From IMG/VR virus record IMGVR_UViG_3300020446_000006, positions 14,039-78,038 of that record: a stretch of 64,000 bases of DNA; one strand, 5' to 3'. Under the pieces are notes generated by a model. The model was not told where the DNA came from. It did not search any database and saw only the letters and a program-made list of their open reading frames with translations. This stretch comes from a virus. A program made the translations under genes and the position numbers. Numbering within the stretch: position 1 is the first letter of the stretch; each line of letters starts with the position of its first letter. Of this stretch, positions 28,277 to 38,190 are shown piece after piece.

Positions 28277-31200
28277 TATAACCACTCCTCTTTGAGTTTC
28301 ATCACCATTGATTTGTATATATCATAAGCGTTCTGTGAATTTCCATTATCAATTTCAATAATGGCTAAATCAATTTGCTCACCTATCCAATTCCAAGTTT
28401 CATGTTCCTCTGGTATTGCAGCAACAATTGCAGGAGCAATTTTATAATATTCATTAAGATCATCTGAGTTGCGTCCACCCATAAATGTATCACGGAATTT
28501 TCTAAGTTTTGTTAGTGTTACGCCATCATCAGCCTCACCTCTACGTTCAACAATTGCAGTAGTAATGAAACAGAAACTACCACCACCGCCACCGGTGTCT
28601 GGATTATCTGGACGACTTGGAGGAGCATCTGGTGTCGAAGGTGGCCCGCCAAATTCACCGTAATAACCAACACCATAATCATCTGACGGATTATTTGTCC
28701 AAGAACTACCGACACCATTTTGAATCGTAACACCTTGTCCGCTGTAGTTGTCATCACCTCCGTCATTATTATGAGTATAAGGTAGTGCAGTATTAATAGA
28801 CGTCTTTGTACCTTCAACTTCGAGTATGCGAGTTGATAAAACATCTTGATGAACTGTATCTAAGAATCCTTGTGCAGTATAATTTGCTCGAGCAATTGTG
28901 CCAGAAACTTTTTCATCGTTAATGTTGACATCCATTAATTTAATTTCATGCACACCAGCTCTAAATCTGAAAGTATCGTTATTCGGAATTTGGAATGATA
29001 TTTCAACTTTACCTGCCTGATCTGTTTCGAGTGCAGAAGATCCATCTCTATGAGCAGTTTGATTCTTTAGACGGTTACCAAAATCTTCTGTAGTTTCAGA
29101 ATATCTTTCGAATGGAGCCTCTCGAACAAAGTCTGCCATATTTTTGCCATCAAAGAATAAGAACACAGTCGCGTTTGGTCTTAATCCATTTGCTTTAATG
29201 CTTACAACTCTAGATCTAATAAATGGTAAAAGTGCAACTTGAAGTACTCTTGATCCAATAACCTCTTCAACGACTTCTTCTGAAATAACTTTATTAACCG
29301 TCTTAGACTCAAAATTTCTACTTGTTTTTGTAATAGTATTTGTCTTATCGCCGACTTCAAGATCTTCAAGATCTTTTCCGCCCCAGTTCCATTCCCAACT
29401 ATTCCAGTTAGCAGCAAGATTAGTAGAAAGTTTCGTTCCACCATCAATTACTGTTCTAGATGCTACGTTAGTGTCTCTCCATTCATCTGAAGCAGGAGAT
29501 ACCACTAGGTTTCCGTCATACACTGAAGTCGTATATGGATTAATCTCTACAGCCTTTGTCGCAAATGGCTGATTGATATAGGTTTCATCTGTGAAATTCA
29601 TATAGACATTATCACCTTTACGAACCACGCCAGTAGAATTATCAGAGTCGAAGATCATACGAATATTATCTTCACTAAAAGCAGGTCGCAATATTCCTGA
29701 TGAAGGATCAATTGATGCTCTATATGAAGGATTCGAAAGATCAGCTAAAATATGAGTTGTAAAGTTATCTACAAAGAATCCTGATTTAGTACGATTTAGT
29801 CCAGCAGAATCAAGTACTTCAAAATTACTTGTTTGAAGTTCGAGCATACTTAAAGAAGCAATCTCTTCGAGATCTTGGATTCTCCTATCTAAGAAGTTAA
29901 TGTCGTCCATCGTATACCGACGATGATCGATCTTCTTTACAGATACATCATTCTCATCAAGAGTGTTTGGATTTAATCTAAAATTATAAAGCGGAAGAGT
30001 TCCACTTGGTGCATCTGGATATGCTGGATTAAATGCGTCTTGACCATTAATAATATCAAAGTTGCCTTCGCGATCTATTACAAGTTTATAAGATCTTGCA
30101 AGATAATATGTATTATCAGAAGTAATCAAATCACTAGGCTGAGGAAGATACGCAATATTCGCTTCTGTAAAATTACTTGATGCATTAATCACAGGTCTCA
30201 TATCAATCGCGTCGCGTAGGTTAAGCTTTATCCCACTTGAGAATCTGTAATCCGGAATCTCATCATAGTCAACAACACCAGTATAAGAGTTAACGGCAAA
30301 GAAGTTACCTGCACCATGTCCAAAGTGATCAAACTTTACATAAACGTTTCCTGAAGGAGCCGTTTGACCAGATTTTAGAACCATACGACCGAGACCGTAG
30401 AAGTTATCTCTTTGACCGTTATCGAGTTCAAACTTATATGACACATCGGTGCCATCAGAATCAACAAGAGTTGTTCTATGAACTCTGAAAATATCTGGAA
30501 CACCGAGATTAATAAACTGTTCGCCTGTTACAGAGTTTGTTGATACAGTCGTTGTTACAGTTGCATTTGTTGTAAGTGTCTTGGCTCGTACAACAGGTGA
30601 AGATGTTGATGCGTACACATAAGCTTTAATTGGTGCGCTGGTTGGAAGTCCAGTAACTGTTGTCGTACTTGAACCGGTTGTAAGTCCACCTAAACCGCTA
30701 TTGGCAAGCCGTCCGCCATTTGCATCGTCTGTAAAGAACAGCCAATCACTTGCATTATCAAGTGTGTAGTTAGTAGGCACTGAGATTGTAAAATTACCTG
30801 CACCATCTGAAGTACCTGATCTTAAAATCTGAACTTCAATCTGTTGAGGATCAACTGTTTGTGGACGATTGAAAGGTGTAGGATATATAAGCGTGTTATT
30901 TAGTGGATCACCAATAACTGTATTTGTACCTGACTGAATTGGATTGAAATAGTTATCAGAATCTGTACCAATCGACTTCGCATCTCGGAAGTTCTGTCCT
31001 GCATTCATTGCAATATCAAAGATGTGATACCTTATGTTTGCTCCATTCTCATGTACGGCTCTAACTCGTACTTCACCAATTTTGTTTCCATCAAAGTTAC
31101 GAGCATCCATAATATCTTGTGCAGCAAATGTCTTAATATCTGGACCACCAATGGCAGAGTCTGATAAGACATCAATAAAGTTTCCATAATTTACTGGAAT

Positions 31201-32262
31201 AAATTCGCCTTCGACTTCAAGTGTTTCAGCAGGTTTTAAGATTCTAAGATCTGTTGGTGCAAAACGTGCTGCGCGATATCCATCAACAACTACAATACCA
31301 TCACTTGCTTTTAGAAGTAGATGTGAATTTGCAGAGTCTGGATCAAATGACATTCTAAATGGTTTTACGATATAGTCACCAGAGTTTTCACGAATACGAG
31401 TCGCAACCATATCTCTTGGTATATTATACTGTAAATTTTGTTGAGCTGAAACGGCAGTAAAGATAGCTCCCTCTTTAACCGTAGCGACATGAATAAAATT
31501 TTCTGATGCTGTTAATGCAGCTCTTGTAGTAAGTTCTAATTTGATATAATATCTGTGAGCACCTGGAGCAGAAAGATTTGGTAGCGCACCTTGATTATCG
31601 TATAAAGACTGATCATCATCTTCTGTAAATACAGACTGAGTAATTTTAAAACCGACATCCGCATCTGGTGCGTCATCATATTTTGAAACAATAGTTGTTT
31701 GTGATTCTGTAAATACAAAGAATCCTTGAGTGAAGTATATACTTTGACCGACAGTTGCACGAGTGCCTTTACCAATAGCTGGATTTGCCACAGTGTTTGT
31801 AATTTGTACAATACGTCCACTTCCTAGGCTTTCGCCTGCCTGGAATCTAGGTGAAGTATTTGTTATCGATGAGGAAGACGTATTTACATATCTTAAGAAG
31901 TAAGTAACAGGATCTGTAGCAGTCGCTGCAGCAATTTCAAGTACTTCCGCCTGTACACCAGATGTAACGCCTGTTAAGACATCACCAACGTTTGCAACTG
32001 TTGATGTCGAAGTATTATCGAGCTTTACAAATTCATATCCTGTATCAATTGAAAGGCCACCTGGTTTTACAACGGCGCCTTCTTTAAAGATATTATTACC
32101 GAAGCGTTCAACCTGCTTGTTAATAATTGTCTGCATCTGTGTAAGTTCACGAGCCTGCAGAGTTCTACCTGGATTAAACAGGATTCTATAATATCCTGCA
32201 CTGTCGGTAAAATCATCTTTATATCGAGTATCAAATAAGGTATCGGTATATGTAATTGCCAT
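28276..32262 (-). CDS. DUF4815/VrlC-like virion/baseplate protein, N-terminal part, ending in a CFI-box-CTERM-like domain
   Basis: Y.DDF...YYRILFNPGRTLQARELTQMQT, APGAHR, DNGQRDNFY, RRYTMDDI, KSGFFVDNF; C-terminal CFITTA...LRKFRD...YY.IAP. Confidence 0.85.
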   Translation of the reverse strand: MAITYTDTLFDTRYKDDFTDSAGYYRILFNPGRTLQARELTQMQTIINKQVERFGNNIFKEGAVVKPGGLSIDTGYEFVKLDNTSTSTVANVGDVLTGVTSGVQAEVLEIAAATATDPVTYFLRYVNTSSSSITNTSPRFQAGESLGSGRIVQITNTVANPAIGKGTRATVGQSIYFTQGFFVFTESQTTIVSKYDDAPDADVGFKITQSVFTEDDDQSLYDNQGALPNLSAPGAHRYYIKLELTTRAALTASENFIHVATVKEGAIFTAVSAQQNLQYNIPRDMVATRIRENSGDYIVKPFRMSFDPDSANSHLLLKASDGIVVVDGYRAARFAPTDLRILKPAETLEVEGEFIPVNYGNFIDVLSDSAIGGPDIKTFAAQDIMDARNFDGNKIGEVRVRAVHENGANIRYHIFDIAMNAGQNFRDAKSIGTDSDNYFNPIQSGTNTVIGDPLNNTLIYPTPFNRPQTVDPQQIEVQILRSGTSDGAGNFTISVPTNYTLDNASDWLFFTDDANGGRLANSGLGGLTTGSSTTTVTGLPTSAPIKAYVYASTSSPVVRAKTLTTNATVTTTVSTNSVTGEQFINLGVPDIFRVHRTTLVDSDGTDVSYKFELDNGQRDNFYGLGRMVLKSGQTAPSGNVYVKFDHFGHGAGNFFAVNSYTGVVDYDEIPDYRFSSGIKLNLRDAIDMRPVINASSNFTEANIAYLPQPSDLITSDNTYYLARSYKLVIDREGNFDIINGQDAFNPAYPDAPSGTLPLYNFRLNPNTLDENDVSVKKIDHRRYTMDDINFLDRRIQDLEEIASLSMLELQTSNFEVLDSAGLNRTKSGFFVDNFTTHILADLSNPSYRASIDPSSGILRPAFSEDNIRMIFDSDNSTGVVRKGDNVYMNFTDETYINQPFATKAVEINPYTTSVYDGNLVVSPASDEWRDTNVASRTVIDGGTKLSTNLAANWNSWEWNWGGKDLEDLEVGDKTNTITKTSRNFESKTVNKVISEEVVEEVIGSRVLQVALLPFIRSRVVSIKANGLRPNATVFLFFDGKNMADFVREAPFERYSETTEDFGNRLKNQTAHRDGSSALETDQAGKVEISFQIPNNDTFRFRAGVHEIKLMDVNINDEKVSGTIARANYTAQGFLDTVHQDVLSTRILEVEGTKTSINTALPYTHNNDGGDDNYSGQGVTIQNGVGSSWTNNPSDDYGVGYYGEFGGPPSTPDAPPSRPDNPDTGGGGGSFCFITTAIVERRGEADDGVTLTKLRKFRDTFMGGRNSDDLNEYYKIAPAIVAAIPEEHETWNWIGEQIDLAIIEIDNGNSQNAYDIYKSMVMKLKEEWL

Positions 32263-32272
32263 TTTCTAGCCC

Positions 32273-33619
32273 TTAGAATTGAATAATAACTTTGATGTCT
32301 TCTGCTTGCGAAGTTGTACGTGAAACAGGCGCTCTGTTGTCTATGTATAGTAGATCTCCGGACTGTTTATCGACTTGAGATTGTATTAAACTCGAATCGA
32401 TAATGCCTTGACCGGCTCCATTGAGCTCTTCAATAACTTCACCATCTTGAAACGGAGTAAATCCAGTTTCGTCTGTTTGGTGGTAATAAATTTCATTTGA
32501 ATCAATAAAGTCGACATACGCTTGTGCGTTTGAAGTTTGACCTTCAAGTATCTTATCGACAGTAAAGTTTGTCACAATGCTTGAAAGAGTCATATGATTT
32601 AGAGCGTTACCTGTTGTATTTGTAAAGAGGTTTCCGTTTTTATCTCGTGGATTTTTCAATAGACCAATTTGTCTAAAGTCCTGATTCACATAGAAATTAC
32701 TGTCAGTTCCCTCAATCATAGTATGGAACATGACAGCAGAAGACTTAAGATCTACTCGTGGATCAGCACCGACACCCGAATCTGAGAATGGTAAAATTGC
32801 TCGAGCTGTAGCTCCGGAGCCGCCACCTCCACTGATTGTTACAGTGGCTGTAGAGTAACCACTACCATGTGCAAGTGTAGAACTATCTGGATCCATTTGT
32901 ATACGAGTTACTTCTCCAGTTGCAGAATCAATTACTGCCGATGCCGATGCTCCTGTACCAAATCCTCCGATTGTAACAGTTGGATTTGATGTATAATTCT
33001 GTCCGTTTGATGTTAATACGATCGAAAGAACTGCTCCACTAATTGCATGATCTTGCACTTCAGCTTGTTTTAACTCAATACCAGTTGAATTTGAGTCTGT
33101 GGCACCTTGTAATTTAACAGGAATAAAATTAGATGATTGAAATTTTTCTTGATCAGCCGCAGAAATTGTATACATAAATTTCCATACATATCCATCTGCT
33201 GTACGGAAAGAATGTATATTTGAACCAGTTGGTTCTACAGTTGATGGCTGTGCAACACCTTGTTTATTACGACCGACTTCAAGACAAACATAAACTTGAT
33301 TATTATCAGTTTTTACGTAATAAGGAAGTGTTGGATATCCTTGTACACGATCGTCATACGGAGAATAAATACGACCATTTGACCAGTTATTACGTGGTGC
33401 TACAAGTGAAGACCCTTGCATTCTTTTAATTGATTGCAAACCATCTCTAAAATCTGATTGAGTTTCAGGATTATTAGTTGGAGTCGGAACAGTTTCGAAA
33501 GAATCCCACTGTTCTGATCGACCAATACCTACATAATAGTTTGCTGTTCCTAGCGAGAACTGGTCAAAGAAGTCTCGAGCAATCTGTCTTTTAAGTGTAT
33601 CTGTAATTACTGCTGGCAT
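32273..33619 (-). CDS. gp8: Baseplate wedge subunit gp8
   Basis: YYVGIGRSEQW, PRNNWSNG..Y..YDD, VYVCL, DGYVWKFMYTI, SGDLLYIDNR...EDIKVIIQF. Confidence 0.88.
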   Translation of the reverse strand: MPAVITDTLKRQIARDFFDQFSLGTANYYVGIGRSEQWDSFETVPTPTNNPETQSDFRDGLQSIKRMQGSSLVAPRNNWSNGRIYSPYDDRVQGYPTLPYYVKTDNNQVYVCLEVGRNKQGVAQPSTVEPTGSNIHSFRTADGYVWKFMYTISAADQEKFQSSNFIPVKLQGATDSNSTGIELKQAEVQDHAISGAVLSIVLTSNGQNYTSNPTVTIGGFGTGASASAVIDSATGEVTRIQMDPDSSTLAHGSGYSTATVTISGGGGSGATARAILPFSDSGVGADPRVDLKSSAVMFHTMIEGTDSNFYVNQDFRQIGLLKNPRDKNGNLFTNTTGNALNHMTLSSIVTNFTVDKILEGQTSNAQAYVDFIDSNEIYYHQTDETGFTPFQDGEVIEELNGAGQGIIDSSLIQSQVDKQSGDLLYIDNRAPVSRTTSQAEDIKVIIQF

Positions 33620-33632
33620 TTTCTATATCCTA

Positions 33633-34868
33633 TTAAGTACTAATTGCGGCGCCAAGCGCAATACGCTTGTAAGAACCTGCATCGCTATCAAAAACCGCAA
33701 GACATGGATTACCTGATGCGCCATTTGATACGAAAATTAATTTACCATGTTCACCTGTTGGAACTGTATTAACTGTGTAATTTCGAAGATCAACTTCAAC
33801 TGCACGCGCTTTTACATAATCAGAATCAACTGTAGCAGGTATATCATCGGCAGCAATCATATCTCTCTTAATTGAGAACCATCCTTGATCATCGTATAAA
33901 TTAAATCGATTTGAATCCTTATGATAAGATATTGATCCCTTACCTCTGAATTTAGACAAGTTAATGGTTGAGGTAAGACCAGCAGTATTGACTGTAGGTA
34001 CTGCTAATGTTCCTGTATTATTAGTTGAATCAAATCCAAAATTAAATACGGTTTGATTTGTAACCAGTTCACTTGTTACAATCTCATCAACAGTGGCAAG
34101 TTGAATTGTGTTACCACCAAACAGCAAGCCTCCGCCATTTGTAGAAGCATAGCTTCCTGTTCTGTCCGGACCGGTAAGAAATCCTGCACCAACAAAGAAT
34201 CCGTTTGATGAATCTATAGAAACGTTATTTTCGCCTAAAGAAACCGGTTGTGAGAACGTAAAGTTTGTTCCATCAAATCCAAGTCTTTCGCCTGCAAGAT
34301 GAATTGTAGTACCAGAAAGATACAGGTCTTTCCACTTAAAGTTTGAATCACCTAAGTCGTATGTGCTATCGACAGATGGAACAATGTGGCCTGCATGTGC
34401 TGTGAGGTTTGGTGCATCAACTCTTAAATTGACATATGCAGAATCGACAATTAAAGCTACTTCGGCAGAATCAACAGAATTAGATTGAATAAGTGTAAGA
34501 GTACTGGCAGAATCAAATGCTGTACCAGTAAGCAGTGAAATATAAGTAGAATCAACAATACTTGTAATGTCAGCTGTAAGAGCGACAGTACCTGAACTAT
34601 CAGGCAATACAATTAAATTATCACCAGTCGGATCGATTACACCAAGTGATGTTTCATGTGAGTCTGCTGTAACACCTTCGAATACAATGACCTTTGTTCC
34701 AAAGGCGATACCGTCTAGACCGCCTGCAGAACCAGATGCAACTTGTAATGCCGCAACATCTGTATACAGCTCGTCGAAGTTGTCATTAATTTTAATCGCA
34801 CCAGTCCGGAGATCATCACCAGTTCCATCATTACCGGATGTGCCTATGTCGATAATTTGTCTTGCCAT
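33633..34868 (-). CDS. Baseplate wedge / tail-fibre connector (gp9/gp10-type N-terminus)
   Basis: MARQIIDIGTSGNDGTGDDLRTGAIKINDNFDELY. Confidence 0.78.
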   Translation of the reverse strand: MARQIIDIGTSGNDGTGDDLRTGAIKINDNFDELYTDVAALQVASGSAGGLDGIAFGTKVIVFEGVTADSHETSLGVIDPTGDNLIVLPDSSGTVALTADITSIVDSTYISLLTGTAFDSASTLTLIQSNSVDSAEVALIVDSAYVNLRVDAPNLTAHAGHIVPSVDSTYDLGDSNFKWKDLYLSGTTIHLAGERLGFDGTNFTFSQPVSLGENNVSIDSSNGFFVGAGFLTGPDRTGSYASTNGGGLLFGGNTIQLATVDEIVTSELVTNQTVFNFGFDSTNNTGTLAVPTVNTAGLTSTINLSKFRGKGSISYHKDSNRFNLYDDQGWFSIKRDMIAADDIPATVDSDYVKARAVEVDLRNYTVNTVPTGEHGKLIFVSNGASGNPCLAVFDSDAGSYKRIALGAAIST

Positions 34869-34893
34869 ATCTTATCCTATAAAACTATAACTC

Positions 34894-34901
34894 TATTTAT
34901 A
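34894..34901 (-). promoter_or_regulatory. T4-type late promoter TATAAATA
   Basis: Exact motif upstream of 34868. Confidence 0.85.
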
Positions 34902-34911
34902 ATAGAAATCA

Positions 34912-35886
34912 TCACTTTCTAAAATATACTCTTGAACTAAAGTCATCTAATGTTGATGAGAAGCGAATTGCAGATGCATTTGCTGAATCAGCAAAATCGT
35001 CAAACGATGCATAGAATCCGCCCCATTCATAAACCTTATTGTAGTATTTTTGCACATCTGCAATCGTAAGACCAGGATAGTCATTAAGATTGCGATATAT
35101 GCTATAACGATCACGCAGTGTGTCACTATCAAGACCATCGTAAAGCGGTGAAAGAGAAGGCGGTTCTGATAGTGCACCAATTACCTCACCTTCTGCATTA
35201 CTCGTAAGAGTTGCTTGTGAGTGAAGAAGGCTTCTACCTGTATTTGGATCAGAAATCGATTCTGCTGTACCGATAGTTAATTGAGGCTGAGCTTCGAGTG
35301 TAACGGATGCTCCGAGAAAAAATCCAGCAGGATGTACAAAGTTTCTATAAAGTTCTTCCCATTCAACAATTGGTAAAGGTGCTTTAATTAATGTCGAAAA
35401 GATTTGATTTATTCCACCATCTTGTAGCTTAAATCCTTCTTCTTCACCTATCGATGATTGTGATACTCGAAACAGTTTTTCTTTCGGATATATAATTTCA
35501 ATTTCTTCTTGGAAGAAAGCTCTAAAGAAACCATGTACAGAATATTCAGAACCTTTAACCCGAAAGAAATTACCGAAGTTGCGAAGTGCTTCTCTTGGAT
35601 TTGTGAAGAAACTGTTTGAAACACCAAGAGCAATCTCATCAAACATAAAGTCAAGAAATTCAAGTTTTGCATCTTCAACGTCTCGAATTGTTTGTAGCTC
35701 TTGAATAATACCGCCGAAAGTATCTGCTGAATCAAGATGTTCGTAATATGCATCTAAAAAAGTTACGAGATTCGGATAATCTTCTCGAAAATGTTCTGGT
35801 AAAACTTCATCTACCAGACTCTTTCTTATATTTGTACCTATGCGACCGTAGTCGCGAGTGGTCTGTGCAAAACCTGTATGAGCCAT
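34912..35886 (-). CDS. Baseplate wedge protein (short gp7-like)
   Basis: LPEHFREDYPNLVTFLDAYYE, FFRVKGSEYS..FFRAFF, VHPAGF; lies directly after gp6. Confidence 0.72.
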   Translation of the reverse strand: MAHTGFAQTTRDYGRIGTNIRKSLVDEVLPEHFREDYPNLVTFLDAYYEHLDSADTFGGIIQELQTIRDVEDAKLEFLDFMFDEIALGVSNSFFTNPREALRNFGNFFRVKGSEYSVHGFFRAFFQEEIEIIYPKEKLFRVSQSSIGEEEGFKLQDGGINQIFSTLIKAPLPIVEWEELYRNFVHPAGFFLGASVTLEAQPQLTIGTAESISDPNTGRSLLHSQATLTSNAEGEVIGALSEPPSLSPLYDGLDSDTLRDRYSIYRNLNDYPGLTIADVQKYYNKVYEWGGFYASFDDFADSANASAIRFSSTLDDFSSRVYFRK

Positions 35887-37724
35887 TATGTCACCACTAG
35901 AGTATTATTCTGTCTGTCAATTCTTGCTGTTGCAGATGTTTCTGTCTGATCGAGTCTTAGAATGTAGTTACGTAAAGGACGAATCACAGAAGGATTATCA
36001 GGCGTTACAGAAACTTTAATGAATGTATCACCACCAATAAATCCTTCAGGCGCAAAGCCAATAATATCAACTTTACCATTTACACCATCATACTGTCCTA
36101 CATTATCAAGTAAAACATTACCATCAACGTCAATAATTTGCAATCGATTTGAATTAAGTTGATTTTTGATAGATGCAACTGCTCCGTTAAATTGGAAGAT
36201 TGAAGAAGATACCGAATGTACTTCATCATCTGGATTTACAATTTTCATTGGGAAAGCAAGCGCATGAGATTCTGTTACTCCTATTGTAGGAGAAAATCTT
36301 AACTGTGCTTTCACATCCATTCTGCTTGACAAGATCGCTGTATCTAAAGCATCAATCTCTGTCAAGAGATTACTGCGTCTAAATATTCTATTGAATGCGT
36401 TAAGATTTGTATTAAAATAACGATTAATAAAATTAAACACACTTATTTCGGTAGCAGCTACGGTAAAACCTGTTTCTGCAGGATCAAAGTCAAAATCAGT
36501 TTGAAGCTCTAAGAAAACATTTGTAGGTTCAACAAATTTTGTTGTCATTGAAACAACTGAAAGATTATCCGTAAAGTTTGTAACAATATTCGCCTGTACA
36601 ACATCTTTAGTTGTTTGTGAAGTATTTACTGGGAAATTTAATGCAACATAGACTGCGCCATAATCAATCGGTACATTTTGATCTCCTGACCAAACATTAC
36701 AATCCGTTACTTCAGGGAAGTTACTAAGAATAATTCCCTTGTAGTCAAGCGCAGTTACAAGTCTTTGTTGTGCAGCATATGCAATAGGTGCAAGCTGACG
36801 TACACTTTCAATCGATTGTTTAAATGCGCCACCTGTCGATTCGTTTGTTGTTGCAACACTTACTGTATAATTAATTCCATCTACATTAATATTTGATCCA
36901 GAAACAAATACGTCACCAGCGTTTGCAGCAGGTCCTGAAGAAGAAAGATAAGTTACAACAACTTTATTGCCAGGATCTGGTTTCTTACCGAAAGATACTC
37001 CATCTCCAAAGTTTACTTCGTAGAAACCATTTGGTGCTTCACGAATTGAATATACAGTTGAATCTTTATCGATTGTATTTGCTTCAGATAGTTTTGTATA
37101 TGTAACAAAGTTAGAAGAACCTGCAGTATCAAATACTCTGACTTTTGCTGTTGACGTATCAATAGTTGTATCAGGAATAATAAAGACCTGTCTTTCATCT
37201 GTTTCTCCAGACAAAAACGTTTTAGTCTTTTGAACTCCCTCAAAGATTGGTATGTCAGCAGATCCAGTAGATGTTTGGAATTGATATAAACCTGAACCAT
37301 TATCTCTTGCAAAAAATGTTTCAAGTGTTGTAAATGTATAGGTAATTCCATCAATCGAAGAGTTGAATGTAAATCCATTCGGCAGCTGTATTTGCGGTGG
37401 TCGACCTGCCACACCAGAAAGATTAACTGTAAGATTCACTAACGCTTTTGCTGTAGTGCGAGAACGCACCTGATATCCTAATGTTTCTGCATGCGAAACA
37501 ACTGATGATCGAAGCTGAGCTGTCGGTAAGAAAGCTTCATTTAATGCAAAGTTTGCAGTTAAACCATTAATATGCGTATTGTATGCTAACACGTCTAAAA
37601 TGTTGTTTAGACCTGACGCATCAAAATCATAGTCAGCAAACTGTTGATCTGACTTAAGAAAATTTTTCAGACCTGCTTTGATATTTTGAAAGTCAAGATC
37701 GGTTGATTTTACGGTAGTTGCCAT
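35886..37724 (-). CDS. gp6: Baseplate wedge subunit gp6
   Basis: LDFQNIK..LK.FL..F.DYDF..SGL..ILDVLAYNTH, NEAFL.TAQLRSSVVSHA..LGY, FGDG..GK, QQRLVTA.DY. Confidence 0.95.
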   Translation of the reverse strand: MATTVKSTDLDFQNIKAGLKNFLKSDQQFADYDFDASGLNNILDVLAYNTHINGLTANFALNEAFLPTAQLRSSVVSHAETLGYQVRSRTTAKALVNLTVNLSGVAGRPPQIQLPNGFTFNSSIDGITYTFTTLETFFARDNGSGLYQFQTSTGSADIPIFEGVQKTKTFLSGETDERQVFIIPDTTIDTSTAKVRVFDTAGSSNFVTYTKLSEANTIDKDSTVYSIREAPNGFYEVNFGDGVSFGKKPDPGNKVVVTYLSSSGPAANAGDVFVSGSNINVDGINYTVSVATTNESTGGAFKQSIESVRQLAPIAYAAQQRLVTALDYKGIILSNFPEVTDCNVWSGDQNVPIDYGAVYVALNFPVNTSQTTKDVVQANIVTNFTDNLSVVSMTTKFVEPTNVFLELQTDFDFDPAETGFTVAATEISVFNFINRYFNTNLNAFNRIFRRSNLLTEIDALDTAILSSRMDVKAQLRFSPTIGVTESHALAFPMKIVNPDDEVHSVSSSIFQFNGAVASIKNQLNSNRLQIIDVDGNVLLDNVGQYDGVNGKVDIIGFAPEGFIGGDTFIKVSVTPDNPSVIRPLRNYILRLDQTETSATARIDRQNNTLVVT

Positions 37725-38165
37725 TTATCTGAGCCTCGCTAATGAAACATCTACAGATACTATTTCATTCGTATTTACAACCTGAAATTGAATTGTTGCA
37801 TCAAGTGAATTACGGTCTGGTTTGAGATTTAAAGAAATAGAAAGTACTCTTGCTCTCGGTTCATAATTCTTGATAGCATCTGCTATTAAATCTTGTATAA
37901 AGTCTGGATCATAATCTGTATCAAGTGCAAATAATGCACTGTTTAGATTTGCTCCAAAGTTCGGCTGAAAGGGTTTTTCATACCGACTTGTAAGTAATAA
38001 ATTTTTTACAGACTGTTTAACGGCAGCAGCATCTACTTTCTTAAAGATATCTCCTGAAGGTCGAGCTGTAAAAGAAAGGTCAATATCAGTATATTGTCGA
38101 GCTCTTGTTGTAACAATCGAGCTAGATAAATTACCGTCTTCAATTGAAAATGCTTTAACTGCCAT
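37725..38165 (-). CDS. gp25: Baseplate wedge / sheath initiator gp25
   Basis: YTDIDLSF, AVKQSVKNLLLT..EKPFQP.FG, IKNYEPRA. Confidence 0.93.
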   Translation of the reverse strand: MAVKAFSIEDGNLSSSIVTTRARQYTDIDLSFTARPSGDIFKKVDAAAVKQSVKNLLLTSRYEKPFQPNFGANLNSALFALDTDYDPDFIQDLIADAIKNYEPRARVLSISLNLKPDRNSLDATIQFQVVNTNEIVSVDVSLARLR

Positions 38166-38182
38166 CTAAAAATCCTTTGAAC

Positions 38183-38190
38183 TATTTATA
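38183..38190 (-). promoter_or_regulatory. T4-type late promoter TATAAATA (overlaps the upstream stop codon)
   Basis: Exact motif upstream of gp25. Confidence 0.8.

Noticed and set aside
28276-28580. Intein/Hint domain at GGGGGSF-CFITT
   Set aside because: It lacks Hint block B (TxxH) and a terminal HN; the motifs match CFI-box-CTERM instead.
725-35886. High frequency of GANTC (GAY-TCN) sites as DNA-level selection for CcrM/HinfI-type methylation
   Set aside because: The sites mostly fall in the Asp-Ser reading frame, and many DS motifs use GAY-AGY codons (e.g. throughout 24992..25669), which contain no GANTC. The signal is at protein level.
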